From positions 34,680 through 98,679 of the forward strand of contig SVTW01000001.1 of the NCBI GenBank assembly GCA_015063585.1: a DNA stretch of 64,000 nt. Reading direction: 5' to 3'. This document shows positions 26,697 to 35,521 of this stretch, one piece after another. The notes under the pieces were generated by a model. It had not been told where the DNA came from and searched no databases. It saw only the letters and a list, made by a program, of their open reading frames with translations. The position numbers were made by a program, and so were the translations under genes. The first letter of the stretch is position 1, and each line of letters opens with the position of its first letter. The stretch is from Oscillospiraceae bacterium. Its GTDB lineage: Bacteria; Bacillota; Clostridia; Oscillospirales; CAG-272.

Positions 26697-28898
26697 ATGC
26701 AAGCCGTAAAAAAAGAACGCGTTAGAACACTGCTTTCCATTCTGCTTCTTGTTGCTTTGCTGTCCACACTCATTCTGCAAATGATGCTCTCCCCCAGCGG
26801 AAACGATTGCTTTTTTTCGGGAGATGCCGAAACTTATTATCAATCGCTCCTCGACGCCGGCTTTCCCGAAGACTATGCCACCGCGCTTACCGAGCTTCAT
26901 CTTCTGCACCCCACCTGGGAGTTCAAGCCCCTTCTTGTCAGCGAGCTTGAACCAACGCACACATGGAAATACGTTTTGGACCGCGAGACCGCTGATGCAG
27001 ATTTGAACCTCATCTCAAAATCCGATCCATATTCCGCGTATTGGCACGAATGGAATCGGGACGAGCCTGAGACGGGATATTTCCAGCCCTCCCGCGCGGC
27101 GGTTGCTTACTTTATGGATCCGCGTAATTTTTTGAATGAAGCGGATATTTTTCAGTTTTTCGATCTGTCGGCGGGAACCGATGCCTCTATCGCAACCGTG
27201 CAAGCCGTTTTAAACGGTACGTTTATGGAGTCGGCAAAGTTAGAGAATGGAAAAGGATATGCCGCGTATTTTTGTGAGATCGGAAACGCCCTTGGGATCA
27301 ACCCCGTTTTCCTTGCCGCTAAGGTGCGACAGGAGCAGGGTGTGGCAGGCACCTCCCCACTGATCTCGGGAACATGCGGAACCACTCTGCGCAATTTCTA
27401 CGTCCATCAAACCGAATACACCGATTCGGGCAAGGCTGTGCTTCCGCCGTCAAGCGGACACACGTCCGAAGAACTGCTCGCCTTGAACGGACTGTATAAC
27501 TACTACAACATAAAAGCCAGCGGTGCGGGAGTCTTTGCAATCTATTACAATGCGTTGACCTACGCGCAAAAAGGCTCGTCCTCAAAAGCCGATGAATGGG
27601 GCAACTCCGGTGCATGGAACACACGCTGGAAGGCACTGTGGGGCGGTGCTGAATTTCTAAAAAACAATTACATAGACGTTTATCAGCCGACCATCTACCT
27701 GCAAAAATATAATGTGGACGCGCGCTCCGCAGGCGTTTTTAAAAAACAGTACATGGCATCCATTCCCGGTGCGCTCAGTGAGGGGCGGATCCTTTATCAG
27801 TCCTTTGCCGCGACCGATATTCTGGATAGCGCATGCAGCTTTTTGATCCCTGTTTACAAGGATATGCCAACGGAAATTTCAAAAGACCCCGCAGGCGCAA
27901 CCTGCTCGTCCACCGCCATTGCCACAACGAAATATCAGTTTTCGGGGGAATTGAAAAAGCCCTCGCGTCAAAGAGCCGAAAACGGTGCGATCTATCTCAA
28001 CTATGAAACCTATCAAACAGCATCCCTTTCGATGGAAGGTGTGTTTACGCATTCGTACGGTGTAAAGGGGTTGGAATACAATTGGGACGGCGGCGAATGG
28101 ACCTCCGTATCCGATGGCAAATCACTTGACGCAACCATTCCCTCGAACTTTGAGGAGGGATCCACGCATATACTTGTAATACGGCAACAAACCGCATATG
28201 GAAGTGACGCGTCACGCAAGCACTGTGCTTACGCGCTCGCGGCGGTGATTTATGTAAAGACCATTCCCGCGCCAACGGTGACACTCACCTATCAGGTTGC
28301 AAACACAACAACGACCGAACAGATCCGCGCGGGAAGTGAAATTACCCTTCCCATCACCGAATCAAACGACTTTGCGGGCTGGCTGGGGTCGGATGGGTCC
28401 TTCCTTCCCTCCGGTGCCTCCTATACGGTTATGTCCGACCGTACCTTTTCGGCAATCTTTTTGGATTATGATGCCATTGCGGGGGCGGCACTCTCACTCA
28501 ATCCGCAAAACACGCACCTGCGTTTTTCCTGCTTGATCCGTGAATCTACTTATAAGGACCTGACCGAACGTTCCCTTTTACAGGTCCAAGCCAAGTGGAA
28601 AACCGAGCAGGATGAAGGAGCGCTGACAACGGTAAGCTCCCCCAAACGGCAGCCCGACGGACGCCTGCGCGTGGACATTGAAACGCCCACGCTCTCTCCA
28701 GCCGATTGGAACACCCCCTATTCCGCGGATTTTGTGTTTCGGATCTCTTATACGAATGAGACCAACCGCACCCTGACGTATTCCATACCTGTCTTACGCA
28801 CTGCCGCGCAAGTGGCAAGCACCGCCCTTTCCTGCACAAGCGACAATTATTCCGTTAACGAAATTGCCGTATTGCAAGCCATTGCAGACACCTACTAA
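26697..28898 (+). CDS. secreted protein, putative N-acetylglucosaminidase-like peptidoglycan hydrolase with large uncharacterised C-terminal region
   Basis: Signal/TM anchor; the GINPVFLAAKVRQEQG region resembles a glucosaminidase (GH73-like) core as I recall it; the C-terminal ~350 aa match no family I recognise. Confidence 0.6.
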   Translation: MQAVKKERVRTLLSILLLVALLSTLILQMMLSPSGNDCFFSGDAETYYQSLLDAGFPEDYATALTELHLLHPTWEFKPLLVSELEPTHTWKYVLDRETADADLNLISKSDPYSAYWHEWNRDEPETGYFQPSRAAVAYFMDPRNFLNEADIFQFFDLSAGTDASIATVQAVLNGTFMESAKLENGKGYAAYFCEIGNALGINPVFLAAKVRQEQGVAGTSPLISGTCGTTLRNFYVHQTEYTDSGKAVLPPSSGHTSEELLALNGLYNYYNIKASGAGVFAIYYNALTYAQKGSSSKADEWGNSGAWNTRWKALWGGAEFLKNNYIDVYQPTIYLQKYNVDARSAGVFKKQYMASIPGALSEGRILYQSFAATDILDSACSFLIPVYKDMPTEISKDPAGATCSSTAIATTKYQFSGELKKPSRQRAENGAIYLNYETYQTASLSMEGVFTHSYGVKGLEYNWDGGEWTSVSDGKSLDATIPSNFEEGSTHILVIRQQTAYGSDASRKHCAYALAAVIYVKTIPAPTVTLTYQVANTTTTEQIRAGSEITLPITESNDFAGWLGSDGSFLPSGASYTVMSDRTFSAIFLDYDAIAGAALSLNPQNTHLRFSCLIRESTYKDLTERSLLQVQAKWKTEQDEGALTTVSSPKRQPDGRLRVDIETPTLSPADWNTPYSADFVFRISYTNETNRTLTYSIPVLRTAAQVASTALSCTSDNYSVNEIAVLQAIADTY

Positions 28899-28924
28899 AC
28901 CGAAAGGAATCCTCTCTGACAACC

Positions 28925-29767
28925 ATGAAAACACTTGGATATTATAACGGAACATTCGATGAATTAGACCGTATGACCGTTCCCATGCTTGACCGCGCCT
29001 GCTATTTCGGAGATGGGATCTATGACGTTACATACAGCCGTAATTATCGTATCTATGCGCTTGAGGAGCACGTTGACCGTTTCTTTGCAAGCGCCGCGCT
29101 TTTACGCATTACCCCTACCATTTCAAAAGCCGAGCTTTGCGATCTGCTGTCCTCGCTTGTAAAAAAGCTGGATTGCGGAAATCTTTGGGTCTATTTTCAG
29201 TTCTCACGCGGAACAGCACCCAGATCACACGCGTTCCCGGAAAACACCCCTGCCAATCTTTGGATCATGCTCAAACCCGCTGAGATTCGAGATACCTATA
29301 TCCCCATGCGCTGTATCACGATGGAGGATACGCGTTTTTTCCATTGTAACATCAAAACCTTGAATCTGATCCCGAACGTAATTGCAACGCAGGCAACTGT
29401 GGAAGCCGGTGTAGATGAGTGTATTTTGCATCGCGGTGACATTGTAACCGAATGTGCGCATTCCAATTTGTCGATCCTCAAAAACGGAAAGCTGATCACG
29501 CACCCTGCCAATGAATTGATCCTTGCCGGTACGGGTCGCGCCCACCTGCTTGCAACCTGCGCGGCATTCTCGATTCCGATTGAGGAGCGCCCCTTTACGC
29601 TAACGGAGCTATTTGACGCTGACGAAATTTTGATAACCTCGGCATCGGCTCTTTGTATCCGTGTATCCGAGATCGACGGAAAGCGCGTGGGAGGAAAGGC
29701 GGCATATACAGTCAGGCAGCTGCAAGATGCCCTGCTCCAGGATTTTATCAGTAAAACAAACCGATAA
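28925..29767 (+). CDS. dat: D-amino-acid aminotransferase (class IV PLP aminotransferase)
   Basis: Collinear with the Bacillus Dat pattern (FGDGIYD, HCNIKTLNLIPNV, THPAN.LIL.GTGR). Confidence 0.78.
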   Translation: MKTLGYYNGTFDELDRMTVPMLDRACYFGDGIYDVTYSRNYRIYALEEHVDRFFASAALLRITPTISKAELCDLLSSLVKKLDCGNLWVYFQFSRGTAPRSHAFPENTPANLWIMLKPAEIRDTYIPMRCITMEDTRFFHCNIKTLNLIPNVIATQATVEAGVDECILHRGDIVTECAHSNLSILKNGKLITHPANELILAGTGRAHLLATCAAFSIPIEERPFTLTELFDADEILITSASALCIRVSEIDGKRVGGKAAYTVRQLQDALLQDFISKTNR

Positions 29768-29820
29768 AAAGAATCGCCCGAAACCGATTGTGATGTGGTT
29801 TCGGGCGATTCGTTTATTTC
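29766..29820. terminator. bidirectional rho-independent terminator
   Basis: 15-bp perfect stem GAATCGCCCGAAACC/GGTTTCGGGCGATTC with flanking A-rich and T-rich runs, between convergent genes. Confidence 0.75.
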
Positions 29821-30728
29821 GGGATCAAAAAGAGTCTGCCGATCGGATAATTCTCAGCGATGCGGCAGAAAAACTCTGCCGATAGATCTTCGGATCTTTG
29901 TTCGCGTAGATCCATACCGAGCGATATTTTCGTATTTTGCGCCGATCGTGCAGCAATTGCAGACATCGTGTGAAAGTCTGTCGGCGCACAAATGAGGCGA
30001 GGGGTGCCGATCTCAGCCGTCAAACGCTTCAAAAGCCCCTCCAAATCGGCTTTTTTGCAAGAGGCAGACAGAAGAAGCGGGCGATCCTCGCGCACACAAA
30101 AGGAAAACAGGTGGCGCAGAATTTGCGCATGAAGCAGATTGCGTTCCTCCTTATTTCGATCACGCTTTGGAGCGATCCTGCCAACGAGATAGGGGTTGGG
30201 CGCACGGTCGGTATAGCTTCGCGGCAAACGGTAATAGAGCGCGGCATCCGGCGCGGCTATGAAAGAAGCGAGGTTCTGCTCGACCTGCTCTCGCCATGCC
30301 TCCCAGGTCGGTGCGCGCATGCGCAAAATGGAATTGCATCGGTAAATTACGGCATCCATGCGCGGAAGGCGTTTGAACGTGAAATAAGACTTATTGCAAT
30401 TTGGAGATACTTCACACGTGGATTCGATGGAAAATTCGGGGAGCGATTTTGCGAAAAAGAGCTGTGTGCTGCTCTCCTTCCAAATCCGATCGCAGTTTTT
30501 TTGAGAAATATCCTGTGGGAGATCCAAAACCTGCTCTAACAGATAGGAACATTTTTTGCGCTGGCGGTGACCGTCAAGCAGATCCCATACGCCGCAAAAA
30601 GCGCGAAAAAGCTCATAGTCCGAAAATTTTGCAACCGATTCAACGCCGCATTGGGTCAACAGACCGCACAGCGCATCACGGTCAAGCAATTCCACAAGAT
30701 TGCTCGCATGGGTTTTACCGATCGACAT
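29814..30728 (-). CDS. hypothetical protein
   Basis: 304-aa ORF with a GAGAGGGGGG RBS; no confident family. Confidence 0.6.
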   Translation of the reverse strand: MSIGKTHASNLVELLDRDALCGLLTQCGVESVAKFSDYELFRAFCGVWDLLDGHRQRKKCSYLLEQVLDLPQDISQKNCDRIWKESSTQLFFAKSLPEFSIESTCEVSPNCNKSYFTFKRLPRMDAVIYRCNSILRMRAPTWEAWREQVEQNLASFIAAPDAALYYRLPRSYTDRAPNPYLVGRIAPKRDRNKEERNLLHAQILRHLFSFCVREDRPLLLSASCKKADLEGLLKRLTAEIGTPRLICAPTDFHTMSAIAARSAQNTKISLGMDLREQRSEDLSAEFFCRIAENYPIGRLFLIPK

Positions 30729-30889
30729 TTCAAATCCCCCCTCTCTTTTTTATTTTACCATATCAAACGCTGTTTCGTCAATCAAATTCATGTGTTTTTT
30801 CAATTTTTTTTCCGAATCTATAGACGAAAGCTCTATTTTATGATATAATAGGCTCAAGATTGTTATTATGAAAGGATACTGAATTTCAA

Positions 30890-32500
30890 ATGGATTTTAA
30901 TGAGTTCAGCCTGATCTATCCCGATGGGAATACAAGAAGCCTGCATGACCGCGGCATTACGGTTCCCGATATCGACCTGTTTACCCTGCAGGAATTGGGA
31001 CTTTTGGAAATCTTTGATCTGAAAAACGGAGATCTTTCGGAGTTCTTTACCACAGATGAGCGGGTCATTCGTTATCGCATGGCAACCTTTGACGACATGC
31101 TGGCATGCGAGGAATTAACCGACATGCTCGGACGCTTGGTTCCCGTACTCAACGATATTATGGAGCTTCGCCGCCTCGAAGCCGACAGCGGCGATACAAA
31201 CGACTATCTCTCAAGCATCACGGAAATTGAGCTTTACGTTTCCAGCATTCATATTTTGCACGAATGCCTGACACGTGTGCGTGACAGACTCAAAAGCCCC
31301 GCATTCACGTCGCTTGCCTCCCTCATTACGCAGCTTGCGGAAAGCGATTACCACCGCGAGCTGAACGCTAAGCTTGAGGAACTGACACAGCGCGTCCGCG
31401 AAATTAAAAGCGTTACAATCGGTGTCAATTTAGATGCTCAGCTCCGCCCCATTTCGGCAGGTGTTCTTTCGATCAACGCCGAAGCCTTTAAATCGGGTGA
31501 CGTGCTGGATAAGATCCTGCGTTTGAATTTTAAGAACGACAACTATACCTGTATCGCCAACCTTGTTCCGTTCGGCAAGAAGCAATCGGAAAATCAAAAA
31601 ATGGCACTCTCCCTTGCTTTCAACAGTGCAATCAACGACGTTTATAAGGCATCGCTTCGGTCTTGGAAAAAGATCGTGCAGACCTACGTGCTCGAAAACA
31701 CCGAATTCTTGCTCAATCTTATGCCCGAATTCGAGTTTTTGGTCCGTGCTACCGACGTGCTTCGCGCACTGCGAAAAAAGGGCTGTTCACTGATCATTCC
31801 CGAAATTCGACCGATGGAAGAACGCGCTTTTGTTGCAAAGAATCTTTATAATCCCTGCGTTGCGCTCAAAATTGAAGATCCGATTGTTCCGAACGATATC
31901 ACCTTTGATGAAAAAGCCTCCATCTATGTGCTCACAGGTCCAAACCGCGGCGGAAAATCGGTTATTACCTGTGCCGTGGGCTTAGCGCAAGTGTTTTTCC
32001 AGCTTGGAATGTATATTCCCGCGGAAAGCGCGGTGATCTCCCCTGTGGACGGAATCTTTACACACTTCCCCACGGGTGCTGAGGATACGATCGATAAAGG
32101 ACGTCTTGGCGAGGAATGTGCGCGTTTGGGTGAAATTTTTGAGTGTATCACGGCAAACAGTCTTGTGTTGCTTGATGAATCGCTTTCCTCTACGGGCAGC
32201 TACGAAGCCTCCTACATTGCTGCTGAGGTGCTCGGCGGACTTGCACACGTTGGGTGCCGTTGTCTCTTCTCCACACACCTGCACGAGCTTGCCGCCGAAA
32301 TTGACAATATCAATGCGCGCTCCATTACAAACGGCGGCGTTGCAATTGACACGTTGGTTGCGGGAATTGTTGGTGAAGGAAAACGCTCCTTCCGAATTAC
32401 GAGAGCCAAGCCCGACGGCAAGAGCTATGCGCGTGATATTGCCGAAAGCTACGGTCTGACCTACGAAAGAATTATTCAAAAGTTGAATCAAGAGTCTTGA
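30890..32500 (+). CDS. MutS-related protein (MutS domain V ATPase only; no mismatch-binding or Smr domain)
   Basis: Walker A GPNRGGKS, Walker B LVLLDESLSSTG, STH motif; the N-terminal ~330 aa are unassigned. Confidence 0.8.
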   Translation: MDFNEFSLIYPDGNTRSLHDRGITVPDIDLFTLQELGLLEIFDLKNGDLSEFFTTDERVIRYRMATFDDMLACEELTDMLGRLVPVLNDIMELRRLEADSGDTNDYLSSITEIELYVSSIHILHECLTRVRDRLKSPAFTSLASLITQLAESDYHRELNAKLEELTQRVREIKSVTIGVNLDAQLRPISAGVLSINAEAFKSGDVLDKILRLNFKNDNYTCIANLVPFGKKQSENQKMALSLAFNSAINDVYKASLRSWKKIVQTYVLENTEFLLNLMPEFEFLVRATDVLRALRKKGCSLIIPEIRPMEERAFVAKNLYNPCVALKIEDPIVPNDITFDEKASIYVLTGPNRGGKSVITCAVGLAQVFFQLGMYIPAESAVISPVDGIFTHFPTGAEDTIDKGRLGEECARLGEIFECITANSLVLLDESLSSTGSYEASYIAAEVLGGLAHVGCRCLFSTHLHELAAEIDNINARSITNGGVAIDTLVAGIVGEGKRSFRITRAKPDGKSYARDIAESYGLTYERIIQKLNQES

Positions 32501-32508
32501 CATAAAAA

Positions 32509-32559
32509 GGGGGTGAGTCAAATGCAAAAATGCATTTGGTACTCACCCCCGACGTTTTT
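32509..32559 (+). terminator. rho-independent terminator with nested palindrome
   Basis: GGGGGTGAGT/ACTCACCCCC stem enclosing CAAATGCA-N4-TGCATTTG, followed by GACGTTTTT. Confidence 0.65.
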
Positions 32560-32653
32560 GCTTTGCGGCTAAACACCGCAATTTTCGACTGCTTTGCAGT
32601 CGAAAACCGCAAATTCCGCGCTACAAAAAAACCTACCGTCGGCTTTTTTGAGC

Positions 32654-32686
32654 AGAGGCTGCGCCAATGACGCAGCCTCTTTTTTC
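32654..32686 (+). terminator. second plus-strand rho-independent terminator
   Basis: AGAGGCTGCG/CGCAGCCTCT stem followed by TTTTTT, about 150 nt beyond the first terminator. Confidence 0.7.
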
Positions 32687-32700
32687 ATATGTATAGTGCT

Positions 32701-32745
32701 GAAAAACAGAGATGGCGTTATGTTTCAAGGAACACAACGCCATCT
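32701..32745 (-). terminator. rho-independent terminator of nhaC-family gene
   Basis: AGATGGCGTT/AACGCCATCT stem followed by CTGTTTTTC on the minus strand. Confidence 0.7.
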
Positions 32746-32765
32746 TGTATATTTTTTGATCTAAA

Positions 32766-34340
32766 TTACGCTGCTTTTTTCTTTTTACCGAAAAGGAAGA
32801 TCAACAGAATCGAAAGTGCCAACAAGACAATGCCGGTTGCGAGAGTCAGAATAGCGGCGGGAGCATAGCTCAATCCCGTTCCAACTACAAATCCCGCAAT
32901 CAAATACGCGACAAAGGAAATGCCTGCGCAAAGAGACGCGTACGGAAGCTGTGTTTTTACGTGGTCGATGTGGTTACACTGCGCGCCCGAGCTTGCCATG
33001 ATGGTGGTATCCGAGATCGGAGATACGTGGTCTCCGTAAACAGAACCCGCAAGGATCGCGGAGATTGCGAGAATAACGTTGGGCTGCAAGCCCGTGCCGA
33101 GGATCGAGGTTGCAACGGGAATCAGAATACCAAAGGTTCCCCACGAGGTTCCGGTTGCAAAGCTGATTCCGCACGCGATCAAGAAGAAGATTGCGGGAAT
33201 CAACGCGTTTGCAAGACCGCTGCTTGCCAGCTCACCCATGTTGGTTTCCACAAACAAACGAGCATCGAGATATCCGCCCTTTGCGCCCATGATGCCGCTG
33301 AGCGTCCATGCAAACACAAGGATCAGAATGGCGGGAACCATGGATTTAAAGCCCTTGGTAAGGCTATCCATGCATTTTCCGAAGGAAAGCGCGCCGGTTG
33401 CAATGTAGATCACAAAAGTCAGGATCAAAGCGATCACAGAACCCACACCAAGCGAAATACCGGCGTCACAGTTAGAGAACGCCTCGATCACGTTGCCAAC
33501 CTGCGGCTCCGCAACCATGTTACCGTTCCAATCGTAGAAAAAGCCGTTATAGATCATCGAACCGACACAGCATACGATCAGCAAAACGATCGGAACGATC
33601 AGATGCCATACCTTGCCTTTTACCGATTTATCAATTTCAAGATCCTCCGAGGGAAGTTCGGTTTCTCCTGCAAGCAGGTCTCCCGTTTCATCGGCAATTT
33701 TTTGGTTCTTCCCCATTTTACCAAAATCAATCTTCAGGATCACAAGCGAAAGCATCATCAGGAGCGTGAGGATCGCATAAAGATTGAAGGGGATCGTCAT
33801 AATGAAGGTCAGGATCGCGTTGTCACTGTCAAGGAATCCGCTCACAGCCGCCGCCCACGAAGAAATCGGCGCGATAATGCAGACAGGTGCCGCGGTTGAA
33901 TCAATGATGTACGCGAGCTTCGAACGGCTGACACGGAACTTGTCGGTAACGGGACGCATCACCGAACCAACCGTGAGGCAGTTGAAATAGTCGTCCACAA
34001 AGATCAAACATCCGAGCGCGATGGTGGAAAGCAAGGATCCTTTTTGCGATTTGAGCTTACGCGATGCCCACTCGCCGTATGCGCGTGTAGCACCCGTTTG
34101 TGCCAAGATGACTGCAAAAATACCAAGCACAACAAGGAAAATGAGAATACCGCCGTTTTCTCCCAACTTGCCGCCCATGAGCATGATGAGATAAGAAAAG
34201 GCATTCATCAAATTTCCCTCGGTATAGAGCAGTGCGCCAACAAAGATACCGAGGAAAAGCGAGGGATAGACCTTTTTGGTCAGAAGTGCCAATGCGATGG
34301 CAACGATTGCGGGCAGAAACGCCCAAAAGGTACCGGACAT
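32766..34340 (-). CDS. NhaC-family Na+/H+ antiporter-type transporter (candidate lysine-related transporter)
   Basis: 524 aa, polytopic, NhaC-type architecture; GAAGGAG RBS; preceded by a lysine riboswitch. Confidence 0.85.
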   Translation of the reverse strand: MSGTFWAFLPAIVAIALALLTKKVYPSLFLGIFVGALLYTEGNLMNAFSYLIMLMGGKLGENGGILIFLVVLGIFAVILAQTGATRAYGEWASRKLKSQKGSLLSTIALGCLIFVDDYFNCLTVGSVMRPVTDKFRVSRSKLAYIIDSTAAPVCIIAPISSWAAAVSGFLDSDNAILTFIMTIPFNLYAILTLLMMLSLVILKIDFGKMGKNQKIADETGDLLAGETELPSEDLEIDKSVKGKVWHLIVPIVLLIVCCVGSMIYNGFFYDWNGNMVAEPQVGNVIEAFSNCDAGISLGVGSVIALILTFVIYIATGALSFGKCMDSLTKGFKSMVPAILILVFAWTLSGIMGAKGGYLDARLFVETNMGELASSGLANALIPAIFFLIACGISFATGTSWGTFGILIPVATSILGTGLQPNVILAISAILAGSVYGDHVSPISDTTIMASSGAQCNHIDHVKTQLPYASLCAGISFVAYLIAGFVVGTGLSYAPAAILTLATGIVLLALSILLIFLFGKKKKAA

Positions 34341-34381
34341 AAACGGTCTCCTTCAAAAAATATATTTCATAAAGGGAAAAG

Positions 34382-34600
34382 AATAAAAAGCCATGAGCAC
34401 AACCTCATGACTTTCCTCTTTCATCAGAAAAACACGAATAGCGCTCCACTTTTGTGACAGCCTACGAGATATTTTCACGCAAGCCAACCCGCCGTGCCCG
34501 AAGATGCAAGGCGGATTTCGGCGACGGTTCCTTTCACACACGGCATCCTCGTGCCATTTTGCGTGCTACTGATAAACGCCGCACCTCTATCCTTTATGAT
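34382..34600 (-). promoter_or_regulatory. lysine riboswitch (L-box) with terminator expression platform
   Basis: The minus strand reads GGATAGAGGTGCG...GAAAGGAACCGTCGCCGAAA...TAGGCTGTCACAAAAGTGGAGCGCTATTC. These match conserved L-box blocks of B. subtilis lysC. A GTCATGAG/CTCATGGC hairpin plus TTTTT follows. Confidence 0.85.
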
Positions 34601-34606
34601 ATGAGC

Positions 34607-34635
34607 ATTATACCATTCCCACATAAAATTGTCAA
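34607..34635 (-). promoter_or_regulatory. sigma-A promoter (TTGACA-17-TATAAT) driving the L-box leader
   Basis: Perfect consensus hexamers on the minus strand. Confidence 0.7.
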
Positions 34636-34751
34636 TAGTTTTTTCAACATTTCTAAATATATATTTTTCGAAAAAAGCACTTTACTTTTTCTCCGCTTTC
34701 CACTATAATATAAGTGTTGGGAAATATCACGAAGCATAAACGGAGGAATAT

Positions 34752-34949
34752 ATGAAAAACGAGGTCAAAAAAGCAGCCGCAAATTGTGAAAGCTGTGTGT
34801 TTTACGATTACGACGAGGATTGGGACAGCTATGTTTGCACCGTCAATCTCGATCAAGATGAGATGGCAGGCTTTCTTTCGGGTAACACGCGTACCTGCCC
34901 GTATTATCGCTTTTACGACGAATACAAAAGCGTGCAAAAGCAGATATGA
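34752..34949 (+). CDS. small four-cysteine protein (zinc-ribbon-like, conserved clostridial small protein)
   Basis: 65 aa, CxxC...C...C pattern, GGAGG RBS; its stop overlaps the GNAT start (ATGA). Confidence 0.6.
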   Translation: MKNEVKKAAANCESCVFYDYDEDWDSYVCTVNLDQDEMAGFLSGNTRTCPYYRFYDEYKSVQKQI

Positions 34950-35473
34950 GCTTATTGTACCGTCCCGCGCTTCGGTCTGATATTCCCGCCATTCTTGCGC
35001 TTTACGCGCCGTTTGTTCAAAATACAACCGTGACCTTTGAATATCAGGTGCCTTCCCTTTCCGACTTTACGCAACGCTTTGAGCGGATCTCACGCGATTT
35101 TCCGTGGTACGTATGCGAGGACAACGGGCAAGTGATCGGCTACGCGTATGCCGACCGTGCATTTGAGCGTGCGGCTTTTTCGTGGGATGCTGATCTCTCG
35201 GTTTATATCCATCCTGACTATCATCACAGAGGGATCGGAACAAAATTCTATCAATTGCTTGAGTCGGACCTGCGTAAAAAGGGATACCACAATCTTTACG
35301 CATTGATCACGGGAGAAAATCTTGAGAGCCGTCGGTTTCATGAGGCGTTGGGCTTTCAGTTGCTCGGAACGCTCCCCGAAACGGGATTCAAGCATGGTAA
35401 ATGGTTGGCTCTGTATTGGTATGGGAAACGGCTTCGCATGGCAAGCGAGCATCCTACCGAATTTCCAAAATAA
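34946..35473 (+). CDS. GNAT-family N-acetyltransferase (phosphinothricin acetyltransferase-like)
   Basis: 175 aa; acetyl-CoA binding motif HHRGIGTKFYQ; PAT-like length and layout. Confidence 0.85.
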   Translation: MSLLYRPALRSDIPAILALYAPFVQNTTVTFEYQVPSLSDFTQRFERISRDFPWYVCEDNGQVIGYAYADRAFERAAFSWDADLSVYIHPDYHHRGIGTKFYQLLESDLRKKGYHNLYALITGENLESRRFHEALGFQLLGTLPETGFKHGKWLALYWYGKRLRMASEHPTEFPK

Positions 35474-35521
35474 AACCGTATCTCTGAAAAACAAATGAAC
35501 ACCACCGGATCGGCGTTCTGC

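Noticed and set aside
32961-33899. 312-aa ORF antisense to the NhaC-family transporter
   Set aside because: The antisense product is highly basic and low-complexity; the sense strand encodes a coherent polytopic transporter with an RBS and a riboswitch.
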